In this document: positions 12,001 to 24,600 of the stretch, piece by piece | Position numbering within the stretch: the first letter of the stretch is position 1 | Layout: the number at the start of each line of letters is the position of its first letter | Source of the DNA: Balanoglossus misakiensis | Taxonomy: Eukaryota; Animalia; Hemichordata | Direction of reading: 5' to 3' | Assembly (NCBI GenBank): GCA_040954595.2 | Contig: JBECUI020000044.1 | Coordinates: forward strand, 1 to 64,000 | Length of the DNA stretch: 64,000 nucleotides | Made by a program: the position numbers and the translations under genes | The notes under the pieces: generated by a model | Told to the model about the DNA's origin: nothing | What the model saw: only the letters and a program-made list of their open reading frames with translations | Database searches by the model: none

Positions 12001-14530
12001 ATGTCAACGGCTTTGCCTTAGAGAACTTACAAAAGGTGTCCGATACCGAATATACGGCAGACTTCACCGTGACCGATGGCGGTGTTGATAGGGCGGCAGA
12101 TGAGGATATCCCCTTTTCGTACGGCTGCAAAATGAGGCAGGCGTGCAAGGCGCGGCATACATCACCGCGATTGCTCAGGCAAGTGATGGCATTGATGCCA
12201 ATCTACCAATCGCCCCACGGGCACTGATGCTAGATGCGGCAGACGATACCGGCATTGCGCAAGACAGTATCACCCGCCAGACTGATAATTTGACCCTCAC
12301 AGGCACGGCTGAGGCGAATAGCACGGTGACCTTATACGAAGGTACGACAGGTGCTCGCAACCGTCACGGCAGGGGCGGACGGCAGCTTTAGTGCTGATGT
12401 GGTGCTTGCCGGAGAGAGGCATACCATCACAGCAACGCGACCGATGCGGCAGGTCATGTCAGCGCGGCAAGCGACCCGTTGACGCTGGTAATAGACACCA
12501 CCACACCTCGCGTTGACTTGGATAGCGCATCTACAGACAATACCTATGCCGCTAGTGAGACCCCTGCCGCCCTCCAAGCAGGGGTTGCCATAAGCGGCCA
12601 AGCAAGCGTACGGGATGATGTCTATGCATCCCCACAGGCAGCGGGAAAATTAACTGATGATGACAGCACTGGCATTAGACGGTGCCTATGGCGTTGCTAC
12701 TGTGGTCATAATGGCGCGACCTATGCGTGGCGGCAAGCTATTTAGACGACGGCGTGCAGATTGTTGATATCAGTGATCCTGCCAATCCTGTGGCGGTAAG
12801 CCGGCTTACGGATACTGCCGGCAGGGAATTAGACGGTGCCTTGGCGTTGCTATCGCGGTCATAGGCAACAAGACCTATGCGGTGGTGGCAGCTCTTGAGG
12901 ATGACGGCGTGCAGATTGTTGATATCAGTGATCCGGCTAACCCTGTGGCGTCAGGCATGCTGACTGATGCCTTAGGCAGGGTATTATTCGGTGCCACCGG
13001 CGTTGCTATCGTCGTCATAAACGGCAAGACCTATGCGATAGTGACAAGCCGGTATGACAACGGCATACAGATCATTGATATCAGCGACCCGGCTAACCCT
13101 ATCGCGGTAAGCGCGCTTAAGGATACCGCAGACACGGAATTCGGCGGTGCCCATAGCGTTAAGACTGTGGTCGCAGGCAACAAGACCTATGCGGTGGTCA
13201 CAAGTAGTGCTGACGACGCCATCCAGATTGTTGATATCAGTGATCCTGCCAATCCTGTGGCGGTAAGCAACTTAATAGATACCGCAGACACGGCATTAAA
13301 AAATGTCCGTGGCGTTGATATCGCGGTCATAGGCAACAAGACCTATGCGGTGGCGGTAAGCCAGAATGACGACGGCGTACAGATTGTTGATATCAGTGAC
13401 CCGGCTAACCTGTGGTGGTAAGCAGCTTAATAGATACCGCAGACACGGCATAGACGGTGCCTTTGGCGTTGATATCGTGAGCCTCACCGATGCCACCGGT
13501 ACCATCAAGACCTATGCGATAGTGACAGGCCGGTATGACAACGGCATACAGATTGTTGATATCAGTGATCCGGCTGCGCCTACCGCGGTAAGCAGCCTGT
13601 TTGATGATGCAGACACGGCATTAGACGGTGTTAATAGTAATGATATCGTGGTCATAGCAGGCACGCTCTATGCGGTAGTGACAAGCTTTACTGACGACGG
13701 CGTACAGTTGATACAGCTTAACCTGATACCGCTTAGCCATGATAGCGGTATACAGAAGATTGACATCGCCTATCGGGCAGTGGCTTTAGCGGCACTGCCG
13801 ATGAGGCATTAGCGCATGATGACGGCACGCAGACGCAGGTCTTGTTCTCACTAGAGTAAATCAAGACCTTAGCAATCAGACCATCGGTACTGTCGCAGGG
13901 CTGTCGCTTGGCGTGGACGGCGATTACCGGCACCTTGACCCTCTCTAAGACAGACGGTAGTGCATTAACAAGCAGAGAGGCAAGTAAGGTCATAGATGCC
14001 TTGCGCTATCAAGATGCCACCACCAGCAACGGTAATCAAGTGCAGTTTGAAGTAAGCGTAACGGATGCGGCGGGCAATCCATCAGCAATGGTCACCACAA
14101 CGATCACCGTATCTGATACGTGCTACCACCACTGCCCGTGCGTCTGATACGGATACCACCCATACCGTTATCGTAGATGCAAGCAAAATCGCCTCGCTGA
14201 TTGCTACGGATGCGACGGATATATTTGATTACGGTGCTGTAGTAATCGGTGATTCTATCATTGACGACTTTGCCGTAGGTGCGCGCGGCGACCTGTTGGA
14301 TCTGGCAGACCTATTAGACTATCGACCCGAACACAGTAGGCAAGGATGATCTCAATGCCTTTTTGTCTGTGACCGATACATGGGCACCGACGGCGGCGAT
14401 GTCATACTCGCTATTGATGCCAATGGTGATGGTAGCGGTGCAGACTTTAGCATTACCTTAAACGGTATCGGCAACGCAGGCGAGTTTCACCCTAGCTGAC
14501 CTAAGAGACGATAACCTCATCCTCGTATAG
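1..14530 (+). CDS. Giant T1SS-secreted adhesin-like protein A (Ig-like/cadherin-like stalk, five 7-repeat LVIVD propeller cassettes, C-terminal type I secretion target domain); 5' end outside the window; reading frame broken many times
   Basis: Many consecutive + strand ORF fragments (133-960, 1416-2093, 2567-3835, 4013-4978, 5494-7038, 7305-8303, 8258-9199, 11283-12227, 12882-13421 etc.) join by small indels into one protein collinear with the intact ORF 15997-27036. Position 1 aligns with about 16624 of gene B. Ends ...DLRDDNLILV* at TAG 14528-14530. Confidence 0.85.
631..2062 (+). repeat. Tandem duplication of a ~720-bp two-domain stalk module (TAPTV..VLTGED / LSFPNDGPYGIGD)
   Basis: Copies at about 631-1345 and 1346-2062; gene B has a single copy at about 17262-17985. 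Confidence 0.85.
925..938 (+). repeat. G14 homopolymer inside adhesin A, out of frame by +1
   Basis: tatt-G14-tacaagac. G13 would read LGIGGGGVQD, the same length as LDVSGATIQD in the paralogous module copies. Confidence 0.9.
2507..3623 (+). repeat. LVIVD-type repeat cassette P1 (7 repeats, predicted beta-propeller)
   Basis: Seven ~50-aa units TYAVVxxxxDDGVQIIDISDPANP; last unit ends GIQLIQL. Confidence 0.85.
5890..6975 (+). repeat. LVIVD-type repeat cassette P2 (7 repeats)
   Basis: Seven units counted in ORF 5494-7038. Confidence 0.85.
8136..9207 (+). repeat. LVIVD-type repeat cassette P3 (7 repeats; atypical blades 1 and 7)
   Basis: Seven units across ORFs 7305-8303 and 8258-9199. Confidence 0.8.
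10377..11483 (+). repeat. LVIVD-type repeat cassette P4 (7 repeats)
   Basis: Seven units reconstructed across frameshifted ORFs 10468-10743, 10794-10985, 10963-11232 and 11283-12227. Confidence 0.8.
12644..13719 (+). repeat. LVIVD-type repeat cassette P5 (7 repeats)
   Basis: Seven units reconstructed across ORFs 12479-12745, 12882-13421 and 13366-13812. Confidence 0.8.
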
Positions 14531-14542
14531 GGATATTGCCAG

Positions 14543-14563
14543 GTAGGGGTTTCTTACCCCTAC
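14543..14563 (+). terminator. Hairpin just downstream of adhesin A (possible terminator or REP-like element)
   Basis: GTAGGGGT-ttctt-ACCCCTAC, a perfect 8-bp stem 12 nt after the stop codon; no U-tract. Confidence 0.4.
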
Positions 14564-14789
14564 GCAAGCACCCCCAAGCGATAGCCTTGCGCTATTAAGG
14601 CATGGGCTTGTCGTGTTTACATACAAGGCACACCCCTCAATACGAGCATTACAAGTTCTTGTGTTCCTCATAAGGATTTGGCATAATAGAACGCATTTAT
14701 AAAATGTAGCCCATCATATGCGGCAACATGTTTGGTGTTGATCAAGCAAACAACATGATGCAATAAACAATTAGAGGAGACGATTACCC

Positions 14790-15670
14790 ATGAGTACATA
14801 TTATTTTGTAACAGATACAGGCGGTGCCATTTTAGCGTGGAACTCCGAGATACCTCACTTTGCAACATTAGGCAGGAGTTTAGTTGCCTATGGCGGCAGG
14901 GGTGTTGATGAGCTGTATGTAGGCAGGGCGACACAGGCCAGTGTCGCATCGCTTGGAGACGGGGAAGACCGTGTCTATCTTACAGCAGTTTCGCAGATTA
15001 TACGCAAACGGTAGCTGGTTCTACCTATACCTTCTCGCGCACGGTGACGATAAGACAGCAATGCATACGAAGAAGTGATAACGGTATCAGGTAATACCGA
15101 CAGCGACCGTCTTTACTTTGCCGATGGCAATGTAGAGTTGAGTTTCTCTAATTTGTTTGATCTCCTAGGTGGCGGTTATCGGGACATCACGGCAGACCTA
15201 TTAACAGGGGCAGGCAGCCCAAGCTATCCACCCACCCCACCTGCTGCTCGTGCGAATGATGAGAATGAATGGGTCTTTACAAATGATAATGAGGGTGCGG
15301 TGTATGCCTTTGACTTACCCGGTAGCAAGTGGACTACCTATGGTGGCAGGGGTGTTGATCGTATTTTATGTAGGCAAGGGGACGCAGGCCAGTGTCGCAT
15401 CGCTTGGCGATGGGAAGACGGTATCTATCTCACGGGCAATCTCGCAGACTATACGCAAACGGTAGCTGGTTCTACCTATACTTTCTCACGTACGGTGACG
15501 ATAGCGGCAGGATTACGAAGAGCAGGTAACGGTATCAGGTAATACCGACAGCGACCGTCTTTACTTTGCCGATGGCAATGTAGAGTTGAGTTTCTCTAAT
15601 TTGTTTGATCTCCTAGGTGGCGGTTATCGGGACATCACGGCAGACCGATTAACAGGGGAAGGCACCCCGG
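14790..15670 (+). repeat. Two tandem copies of an ~150-aa N-terminal domain of adhesin B
   Basis: YGGRGVD..ASVASLGDGED..YTQTVAGSTYTFSRTV..DSDRLYFADGNVELSFSNLFD occurs twice; 15079-15198 and 15527-15646 are identical over 120 nt. Confidence 0.85.
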
Positions 15671-18600
15671 GCTTGGGTGTTGGTCTTACGATAAGCGATG
15701 ATACCACCGCTGATGTCACAAACACTGATGTTGTCTTCACCTTATCTTTGATGAGGCAGTCACAGGGTTTGATATAGATGCGATTACAATCACCAACGGC
15801 ACGGTACGCGGCGCACTCATGGTGGTTACCACAGGCATACAATATACCTTAGCGGTGACACCGACTGCTCTTAAGGCTCAGCGTTGCAGCAGGTGCCGTT
15901 GTTGCAGAAAATGACGCAAACAAGAGCAATCAGGCGGCAAGTGCTACGCAGGCGATAGACACCCAAGCGCCTACCGCAACCTTATCAGGCGACATCTTGC
16001 CTGCCGACAACCTCATCCTGCAGTTTGATGAGCCGGTCGTTTTAGGCACAGGCGATATCACACTTTATAACCAAGCAGATGGTAGTACGGTAGCCGCTAT
16101 CCCCATCAATGATGCCACGCAGGTAAGCTTAAGTGATGATGGCAAGACGCTGACCATTAACCCGACTGTGGATCTTGTATTAGACAATCGCTATTATGTT
16201 CAAATACCGTCAGGCACTATCACTGATCCGGCAGGCAATGCCTATGCCATCACAGATACCACCACTTGGGCATTTGCCGCCACCAGTCTCTCTACCACTG
16301 TTGTATGGCAGGATGATGCCCTCAATGACCCCAGCACAGATGGCTATATTAATGCCGCAGAGCTAAACACCGTAACACTGCAAGGCACATTGACGAATGT
16401 CAGCAATGCCACCGTTGTTGGCCTCACCGCCATCACCTTTAAGGCATTAAGCGGTAGCGCAAACGACATCAGCTATAGCGGCACTATGCCTGCCTTATCA
16501 GGCGATACCACCGGCAGCACCTGGACCCTAGATAATGCCGCGATAAAGGCATTAGGTTTGGTAGAGGGCGAATCCTATCGGGTTGAGGTAACGCTATCAG
16601 GCACAGATGCGAGCAGTAACACCGTCATAGGTAGCGGCAGCCATGATAACCCTATTATCATAGACAGCAGCATACCGACCACAATAATCAGCATAGACGG
16701 TATCAGCGATGATAACGGCATTGCTGCAGACGACTTTATCACCAATGATAATAACGGCTTGACGATTACCGCCACCTTAAGCGCGGCATTAGCAGCAGAC
16801 GAGCGTTTGGAATACAGCACTGATGGTGTGACTTGGGTGGATATTAGCGGGTCTGTTGCGGACACAAGCATTAGTTATGTGGACAGTACACTGACAAACG
16901 AGGGTGAGACCACGATACAGATGCGTGTTGCCGATGCGGCAGGCAATAAGGCACCGGCAACAAGCAGGCTTATTACCATAGACAGCACCGCACCTGCCAT
17001 CCCTACCTTGTCTTTGGCAACCGACACAGGCGCAGAGGGCGATAAGATCACGACAGATGGCACGATAGCGGTAAGCGCGTTAGAGCCGGGCGGAACATGG
17101 GAGTATAAGATCGGCGGGTCAAGCGATGCTTGGCAAAGCGGTAGCGGTACGAGTTTTGTTGTGACGGAAGGTGAGTATGGCGCTGCGGATATTTCGGTAC
17201 GGCAGTTTGACCGTGCCGGCAACGTATCGGCCACAGGCCTATTTGGGCAACTCACCGTAGATGCCACAGCTCCGACCGTAAGCGCAGTCGTATTAACAGG
17301 CGAGGATGTCCAAGGTACCGGCAAGACCGGCCTTGTGACCAACGATAGCATCGTGGTCACTGTTATGATGAGCGAGGATGTCACTGTCACCGGCACGCCG
17401 GGCTATAGCATTGATGTCGGCGGCCAGTCTCGGCTTGCTGTGTATGAGGCTGCCCGTTCAAGCGGCAACAGGATTGTATTTAGCTACACCCTTACCGATA
17501 CGGATATAGATAATAGTGGCGGCATTACGGCAGCTACCAATGCCCTTGATGTATCAGGGGCTACGATACAGGACATTGCAGGTAATGATGCAGACGTGAG
17601 TGTGCCAGCAGTCGCAGCCGATAATAATGCGATCACCGCCAACAATATACTGCCCGCATCAAGGATCATCGCGCTTAGCTTCCCAAACGATGGCCCGTAT
17701 GGCATTGGTGAAGTTCTTACCCTTACCCTAACCGTCCAAGACGATGGCGGCACGCCCTATGATCAATTCTCCGGTACGATAGGCGGCCATGTTGTCGGTA
17801 ACTTACAGCGGACAAGCAACACCCAATATACCTTTGATCTGACGATATCAGCAGCAGGTCAAGACTTTGCTGCCGATGCGGCTATTACGCTTGGTCTTTA
17901 TCTAGGCGGCGGTGCTGTCGGTGATGCGGATGGTTTTGCCGTATATGATACGCCGATTAGCGCAGACAATGATGCCATTGATGCCACCCCACCTGATGCA
18001 CCGACAGCATTGGCACTTGCTGTGGCAGATGATAGCGGCATTGCGCAAGACGGTATCACCAACCTAAGCACCCCGACCCTCACCGGTATGGCAGAGGCAA
18101 ATAGCACGGTGACCTTATATGGTACAGATGGCGCAACAGTGCTTGCAACCGTCACGGCAGGGACAGACGGTACTTTTAGTGCCACGGTTACGCTTAGCGA
18201 AGGTGCGCATACCCTCACGGCTGCGGCGACCGATGCGGCAGGCAATGAAAGCGCGCTAAGCGACCCGTTTACGCTCACGATAGATACGACAGCACCTCGC
18301 CTTGACTTGGATAGCGCATCTGCAGCTAACAGCTATACCGCTGATACCACCATTGCTGATCTACAAGCAGGCGTTGCCATAAGCACGCAGGCGAGCGTCA
18401 GCGAAGCCATACAAGAGATTAACATTATCCTGTCAGGCACAGGCTTTGCCGGTACCGCCGACGAGGCATTAGCGCATGACGACGGCACACAGATGCAGGC
18501 CTTGTTCTCACTAGGGGCAGATCAAGACCTTGCTAATCAAACCATCGGTACTGTCGCCGGCCTGTCGCTTGTGTGGACGGCGGCCGCAAAAAGCTTGACC

Positions 18601-21600
18601 CTCTCTAAGACGGACGGTAGCGCATTGACCGACACAGAGACGGCTGCGGTCATAGATGCCTTGCGTTATCAAGACGGCACAAGTCATCATGATGATCAAG
18701 TGCAGTTTGCGGTAACCCTCACCGATGTGGCAGGCAATGCCACGAGTGCAACCGCCACGATAAGGGTCAATAATCTAATACCCACAGTGACTTCTGCGAC
18801 CCTCCCTGATGCGACAATGGAGATAGGCGATACAATCACCCTCATCATCGCAATAGATGCCAATAGTATCAAGCCGGGCGAGACTTTGAGCTTGGTTGCC
18901 GGCAGCCATGTCAACGACTTTGCCTTAGAGAACTGGCAAAAGGTGTCAGATACCGAATATATGGCACGCTTCACCGTGACCGATGGTGGTACCGATAGGG
19001 CGGCAGATGAGGATATCCCCCTTTCTGTACAGGTTCAAGATGAGACAGGCATTATCAGCACGGCATACACCACCGCGATTAGCCAGCCCAATGATGGCAT
19101 TGATGCCAATGCGCCCGATGCACCCACAGCATTGATGCTAGATGCCGCAGACGGTATCACCCACCTAACTACCCCGACCATCATAGGTACGGCAGAAGCA
19201 GGCAGCACGGTGAGCCTATACAGAGGCACGACAGTGCTCGCAACCATCACGGCAGGGACAGACGGCGGCTTTAGTGTCGATGTGACACTTGCTGCAGGGC
19301 AGCACACCCTCACGGCGACAGCGACCGATGCGGTAGGTAATGAAAGCGCGCCAAGCGACCCACTTGTCATAACAATAGACACCACCGCACCTCGCATTGA
19401 CTTAGATAGCGCATCTGCGGCCGATACCTATGTCGCTGATGCTAACCCTGTCACCCTGCAAGCAGGGGTTGCCGTCAGTCATCAGGCGGCTGTCAGCGAG
19501 GATAACGGCGTGCAGAATATTCAGATCACTCTATCGGGCACAGGCTTTGCCAGTGCCGACGACGAGGCATTAGCGCATGATGATGGCACACAAACGCAGC
19601 GCTTATTCTCACTAGAGGCAGATCAAGCCCTTACGGATCAGACCATCGGTACTGTCGCCGGTCTGTCGCTTGTGTGGGAGGGCGCCACCGGCAGCTTGAC
19701 CGTCTCTAAGACGGACGGTAGCGCATTGACCGACACAGAGACGGCTGCGGTCATAGATGCCTTGCGTTATCAAGACGGCACCAGCAATCAGGGTGATCAA
19801 GTGCAGTTTGCAGTGAGTGCAACCGATGTGGCAGGCAATACCTCTGCCACAACTACTGCCACGATAGCAGTCAATAGTCTAACACCCGTAGTGACTTCCG
19901 CAACTATTCCTGATGCGGCAATGAAGGTGGGCGACACGGTCGCAGTGACCATCACCATAGATGCAAATAGTATCATAGCAGGCGAGACCTTGAGCTTGGT
20001 TGACGGCAGCCATGTCAACGACTTTGCCTTAGAAGGCTTGCAAAAACTCAGCGATACCGAATATACGGCAAGTTTCACCGTGACTGATAATGGTGCCGAT
20101 AGGGCGGCAGATGAGGATATCCCCCTTTCTGTACAGTTGCAAAATGAGGCGGGCACACAAAGCGCGGCATATGATACCGTGATCACCCAAGCCAATGATG
20201 GCATTGATGCCAATCTACCCGATGCACCCACAGCATTGATGCTAGATACAGAGGACGATACCGGTATCAAGGGAGACAATATCACCAGCCAAACCGATGC
20301 GCTGACCATCACCGGCACGACTGCGGCAAATAGCACGGTAAGCCTATACGATACGGACGGCACGACAGTGCTTGCAACCGTCACGGCAGGGGCAGATGGT
20401 AGCTTTAGTGTTGATGTGGCGCTTGCCGAAGGGCAGCATAGCATTACGGCGAAAGCGACCGATGCGGCGGGTAATATCGGCGTGGCAAGCGACCCACTTG
20501 TCATAACAATAGACACCACCGCACCTCGCATTGACTTGGATAGCGCATCTGCAGGCAATACCTATACCACTGCCACCACCACTACCGCCCTGCAAGCAGG
20601 GGTTGCCATAAGCGACCAAGCAAGCGCGCTAGATGATAGCTATATATCACCGCGGGAAGCGGGGAAATTAGCTGACGGTCAAGATGGCGCAACAATAGGC
20701 AATCCCTATGACCTTGATACTGTGGTCATAAATGGTGCGACCTATGCGGTAGTAACAAGTCGTGCCGGCCACGCCATACAGATTGTTGATATTAGTGATC
20801 CTGCCAATCCTGTGGCTGTGGGCAGCCTGACAGATGCTGATGGCGGCGGCAGGGAATTAGCATTAAATGACCCCATCGGCGTTAAGATCGTGACCCTCCC
20901 TGATGCGACCACCGGCATTGCCAAGCCCTATGCGGTGGTTGCAAGCAAGAGCGGCGATGATGGCATCCAGATTGTTGATATCAGTGACCCGGCTCACCCT
21001 GTGGCGGCAGGCACCTTGCTTAATGATGCCAACACGGAATTAGACGGGGCGCAAGGTTTTGATATTGCGGTCATAGACGGCAAAACCTATGCAGTGGTGA
21101 CAGGCAATGATGACGATGGCGTGCAGATTATTGATATCAGCGACCCTGCCAATCCTGTGGCAGTGAGCAGCTTGACGGATGTTGCCGACACGGAATTAGA
21201 CGGTGCCCGTGATGCTAAGGTCGTAGTCATCCCTGATGCCGCAGGTAATGATAAGACCTATGCGGTGGTAACAGGGCGTGTTGACGATGGTGTACAGATT
21301 ATTGATATCACCAACCCGGCTAATCCTGTGGCTGTGGGCCGGCTTACGGATACTACCGGCAGGAGCCTAAATGGCGCTTTTAGTGTTGCTATCGCGGCCA
21401 TAGGCAACAAGACCTATGCGGTGGTGACAGCTTTTGATGATGACGGCGTGCAGATTATTGATATCAGCGATCCGGCTAACCCTTCGCCGGTAGGCAAGCT
21501 TACGGATACCAGCGACAGGGCATTGGACGGTGCTACCGGCATTGATATCGTCGTCATCGGTGATGCGACCTATGCGGTGGTGACAGGCTTTTATGATAAT

Positions 21601-24600
21601 GCCGTGCAGGTTATTAATATCAGCGATCCGACTAATCCTATCGCAGTGGATGCCTTGTTTGATAATGCCGACAGGGAATTAACCAAACCGGTTGCCGTTA
21701 AAACTGTGGTCATAGACGGTGCGACCTATGCGGTGGTGGCAGGCTCTACCGATAACGGCATACAACTGATACAGCTTGGCCATGATAACGATGGTATACG
21801 AAAGATTGACATTACCCTATCGGGCAACGGCTTTGGCGGCACTGCCGATGAGGCATTAGCGCATGACGACGGCACGCAGACGCAGGTCTTGTTCTCACTA
21901 GGGACAGATCAAGCCCTTGCTGATCAAACCATCGGCACCGTCGCTGGGCTGTCGCTTGTGTGGGGGGCTACCACCGGCAGCTTGACCGTCTCTAAGACGG
22001 ACGGTAGCGCATTAACAAGCACAGAGACAGGCCATATCATAGATGCCCTGCGTTATCAAGACGGCACCAGCAGCGACGGTTACCAAGTGCAGTTTGCAGT
22101 GAGCATGACCGATGTGACAGGCAATACCTCCGGCACAACTACCACTACGATAACAGTCAATGACCTAATGCCCGTAGTGACTAGCGTCACCCTCCCTGAT
22201 GTGCCGATGAAGGTGAATGACACGGTCACCCTTGCCCTCACCATAGATAGTAATAGCACCAAGGCAGGCGAGACCTTGCGCTTGGTTGCCGGTAGCCATG
22301 TCAACGGCTTTGCCCTAGAGGGCTTACAAAAACTCAGCGATACCTCATATACGGCACGCTTCACCGTGACCGATGGCGGTATTGATAGGGCGGCGAGTGA
22401 TGATATCCCGCTTTCCCTACAGGTTCAAAATGAGGCGGGCAGGCAAAGTGCGGCATATGATACTTGGATTAGCCAGCCCAATGATGGCATTGATGCCAAT
22501 CTACCGGATGTGCAGGCAGTTATGCTAGACGCAGCAGACGATACCGGTATCAAGGGAGACGGTATCACCAACCAAACCGATAATGTGACCATTACCGGTA
22601 CGGCAGAAGCAAATAGTACGGTAAACTTATATGGCACGGATGGCACGACAGTGCTCGCAACTGTCACTGCTGATGCGACAGACGGCAGCTTTAGTGTCGA
22701 TATGACGCTTGCCGCAGGGCAGCATACCTTCACGGCAACAGCGACTGATGCGGCGGGTAATATCGGCACGCCAAGCGACCCGTTTACGCTGATAATAGAC
22801 ACCGCCACACCTCGCGTTGACTTGGATAGCGCATCCGTAGGTAACACCTATGCCGCTGATGCTAACCCTGTCACCCTGCAAGCGGGGGTTGCTATCAGCA
22901 ACCAAGCAAACGTGCGGGATGATAGCTATATGCCGCTACAGGCAGCAGGAAAATTAGTTGATGATGACAGTACGTCGTTAGGAAATGCCCGTAGCGTTGA
23001 TACCGTGGTCATAAATGGCGCGACCTATGCGGTGGTGGTAAGTGGTGGCGACCACGGCATACAGATTGTTGATATCAGTAATCCGGCTAACCCTGTGGCT
23101 GTGGGCCAGCTTACGGATACTGCCGGTACAGAATTAAACGGTGCCGCAGGCGTTAAGATCGTGACCCTTACTGATGCGACCACCGGTATTGCCAAGCCCT
23201 ATGCGGTGGTGGTAAGCCATGATGATGATGGCGTACAGATTGTTGATATCAGTGATCCTGCCAATCCTATTGCCGTAGGCAGCGTAATGAATGATGCCAA
23301 CACGGAATTAAACGGGGCGTGGAACCTTGATATTGCGGTCATAAATGGTGTGACCTATGCGGTGGTGGCAGCTTTTGATGACAATGGCGTACAGATCATT
23401 GATATCACCGACCCGGCTAACCCTACTGCCGCAGGCAGGCTTGCCCATGGCAGTGACGGCAGTGTATTGACCGGCGCCCGTGATGTTAAGGTCGTGGTCA
23501 TCCCTGATGCCGCAGGTAATGACAAGGCCTATGCGGTAGTGGCAGTTCGTACTGGAAACGCCTTACAGATTGTTGATATCAGCGATCCGACTAACCCTGT
23601 CCCTGTCAGCAATCTGATTGATAATGCCGAAATGGAACTAGACGAAGCCTATGGCGTTGCTATCGCGGTCATAAATGACAGGACCTATGCGGTGGTGGCA
23701 AGCATTATTGATGACGGCGTACAGATTGTTGATATCAGCGATCCGGCTCACCCTACCGCGGTAAGCGCACTCACGGATACCGCAGGCACGGCATTAGACG
23801 GTGCCACTGACGTTGATATCGTCGCCATAGACGGCAAAACCTATGCGGTGGTGACAGGCTATAATGACAACGGCGTGCAGATTATTGATATCACCGACCC
23901 GGCTAATCCTATCGTAGTGGATGCCTTGTTTGATGATGCCGACCGGGCATTAGAGCGGGCGATTGACGTTAAGACCGTAGTCATAGGCAATGTGGTCTAT
24001 GCAGTGGTGGCAGCGCCTGCTGATCATGGCATACAACTGATACGCTTAAGTGATGATTACGACATACAAGAGATTAACATTGCCATCACCGGCATTGCCG
24101 GTGCGACCGATGAGTTTTTAGCGCATGATGATGGTACAGGGATACGGGGCTTGTTCTCACTACAGGCAGATCAAGCCCTTGCTGACCAAACCATCGGTAC
24201 TGTCGCCGGTCTGTCGCTTGTGTGGACGGCTACCACAAAGAGCCTGACCCTTTCCAAGACAGACGCCACTGCATTGACCGCCGCAGAGACAGGTCAAATC
24301 ATGGATGCCCTGCGCTATCAAGACGGCACCAGCAATCAGGGCGATCAAGTGCAGTTTGCAGTGAGCACAACGGATGCGGCAGGCAATGCCACGACTACAA
24401 CCGCCACGATAACAGTCAATAATCTAATACCCATAGTGACTGCCGCGACCTTTCCCAATACACCGATGAAGGTGGGTGATACGGTCACCCTCACCCTCAC
24501 CATAGATGCAAATAGTATAATGGCAGGTGAGACCTTAAGCTTGGTTTCCGGCAGCCATGTCAACGGCTTTGCCCTAGAGGGCTTGCAAAAACTCAGCGAT

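Noticed and set aside
14105-14165. Short TCTGATACG duplication (SDTxTT twice) before the C-terminal domain of A
   Set aside because: Only two degenerate copies in a low-complexity linker within an error-rich stretch.
14678-14695. Sigma54 promoter (TGGCA...GC) upstream of adhesin B
   Set aside because: GG-to-GC spacing is one base too long and the TTGC element is absent.
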